NCBI RefSeq assembly: GCF_037042905.1
Contig: NC_087251.1
Span: 36,086,001-36,150,000, forward strand
DNA: 64,000 nt
From: Lytechinus pictus
Taxonomy: Eukaryota
Reading direction: 5' to 3'
Below the pieces are notes generated by a model. It was not told the origin of the DNA, made no database searches, and saw only the letters and a program-made list of their open reading frames with translations. Shown here one piece after another: positions 63,148 to 64,000 of this stretch (its first letter is position 1; every line of letters begins with the position of its first letter). The position numbers were made by a program, and so were the translations under genes.

Positions 63148-64000
63148 GGGCCGTCTGCACCATCCCGAGTTTTCAAATTAGCGCGCTATTTCTGATCCGG
63201 CAAATTATCCCGATCTGAAAAATCTCGAGATTGTTTGCAGTGGAGACGCAATAATCGCGCTAGTTCGTAGGATTAATCTCGAGATTGCAATCCCAAGTCA
63301 ACTCGGGTTTATTTGCAAAATAGCGCGCTATTTTACGAATTATCCCGCTAATTCGTAGGTGCAGACACACTCGAGATTGGACTCGGGGTAATTTATTCAT
63401 GACGTCAGTCCATAATGCAATTCGCGTTCCACTTCCGCCTTGGTCAAAACAAAAACATGTGCGAAAGTCTACTTTATACACGCGAACAGACATTATTGCG
63501 AATAGCGTTCATCAATTCCTCAATCAGCAACGATGGTGTCCCAACAGTGAATGGATTTTGGGAGAGACCAGACCTATGGATATGGGGGAGGCGCTCATTT
63601 ATCGACGATGTTCATAGTCAATAACAACACTGACAGCAGTGCCGTCTTATTGGCCTTCGCAAAATGTGAGCAAATAGCATTCTTTCCTCCTCCTTTTCTC
63701 TCTCCCTCTCTCTCTCTGTCATTGCCTCCTTCTCCGCCATCATATTAAACGAAGAATACATCACTTCTTCACTCGCTGAGTGCGGCTGAGCTGAGAGGAT
63801 TGTTGCATAACACTTGTCGAATTCGGCGAAAGTGCTAGAGAAAGGAGTAGGCTACATGTATTTGATTGCATATCGCGGGAAGTTATTCAAAAGCGCGGGC
63901 CGTTGAAACTCCAAGATCCGAAAGTGCGCATGCTCGGAATATTGGGCTTGTTGCCTCGCTCGAGCAGGAATCGCTCTTCTTGCGATGGTGGAGACGGGGT
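63148..64000. mobile_element. PIF/Harbinger-like MITE reaching the window end
   Basis: TTA|GGGCCGTCTGCACCATC at the left and GATGGTGGAGACGGGGT at the window end. Internal CTCGAGATT and TAGCGCGCTA repeats. Confidence 0.65.

Noticed and set aside
1..64000. Conserved microRNAs or autonomous transposase/reverse-transcriptase genes
   Set aside because: I saw no match to mature miRNAs I remember and no long ORF with DDE or RT motifs. This was a manual scan only, so a miRBase/Rfam search is still needed.

Overview
AT-rich, repeat-dense animal genomic DNA. The repeat landscape looks like a sea urchin or other echinoderm (inference, no database check). None of the supplied six-frame ORFs is a credible gene. 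The only protein-coding sequence I can support is missing from that track: the last two coding exons of PPP1R21 (KLRAQ1/CCDC128, FERRY subunit) on the + strand, at 51867-51995 and 53281-53310. I found no upstream PPP1R21 exon by eye, so bases 1-51866 appear to be one intron longer than 51 kb. That intron alternates non-autonomous DNA transposons with islands of unique, GC-richer sequence. The transposons include two TTAA-targeting Kolobok-like families, several Harbinger-like, Sola-like, Tc1-like and hAT-like MITEs and a Helentron-type HINE. LINE 3' ends and tRNA-derived SINE fragments are also present. The main hypotheses are: AG|GT recursive-splice-like sites and stop-containing cryptic exons on both strands; a possible antisense spliced transcript starting at a YY1-containing CpG-rich region near 60 kb; a twice-repeated AGTTCA-N9-TGAACT element within a nuclear-receptor half-site cluster; and several nested or chimeric MITEs. 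I cannot confirm a new biological system from sequence alone.
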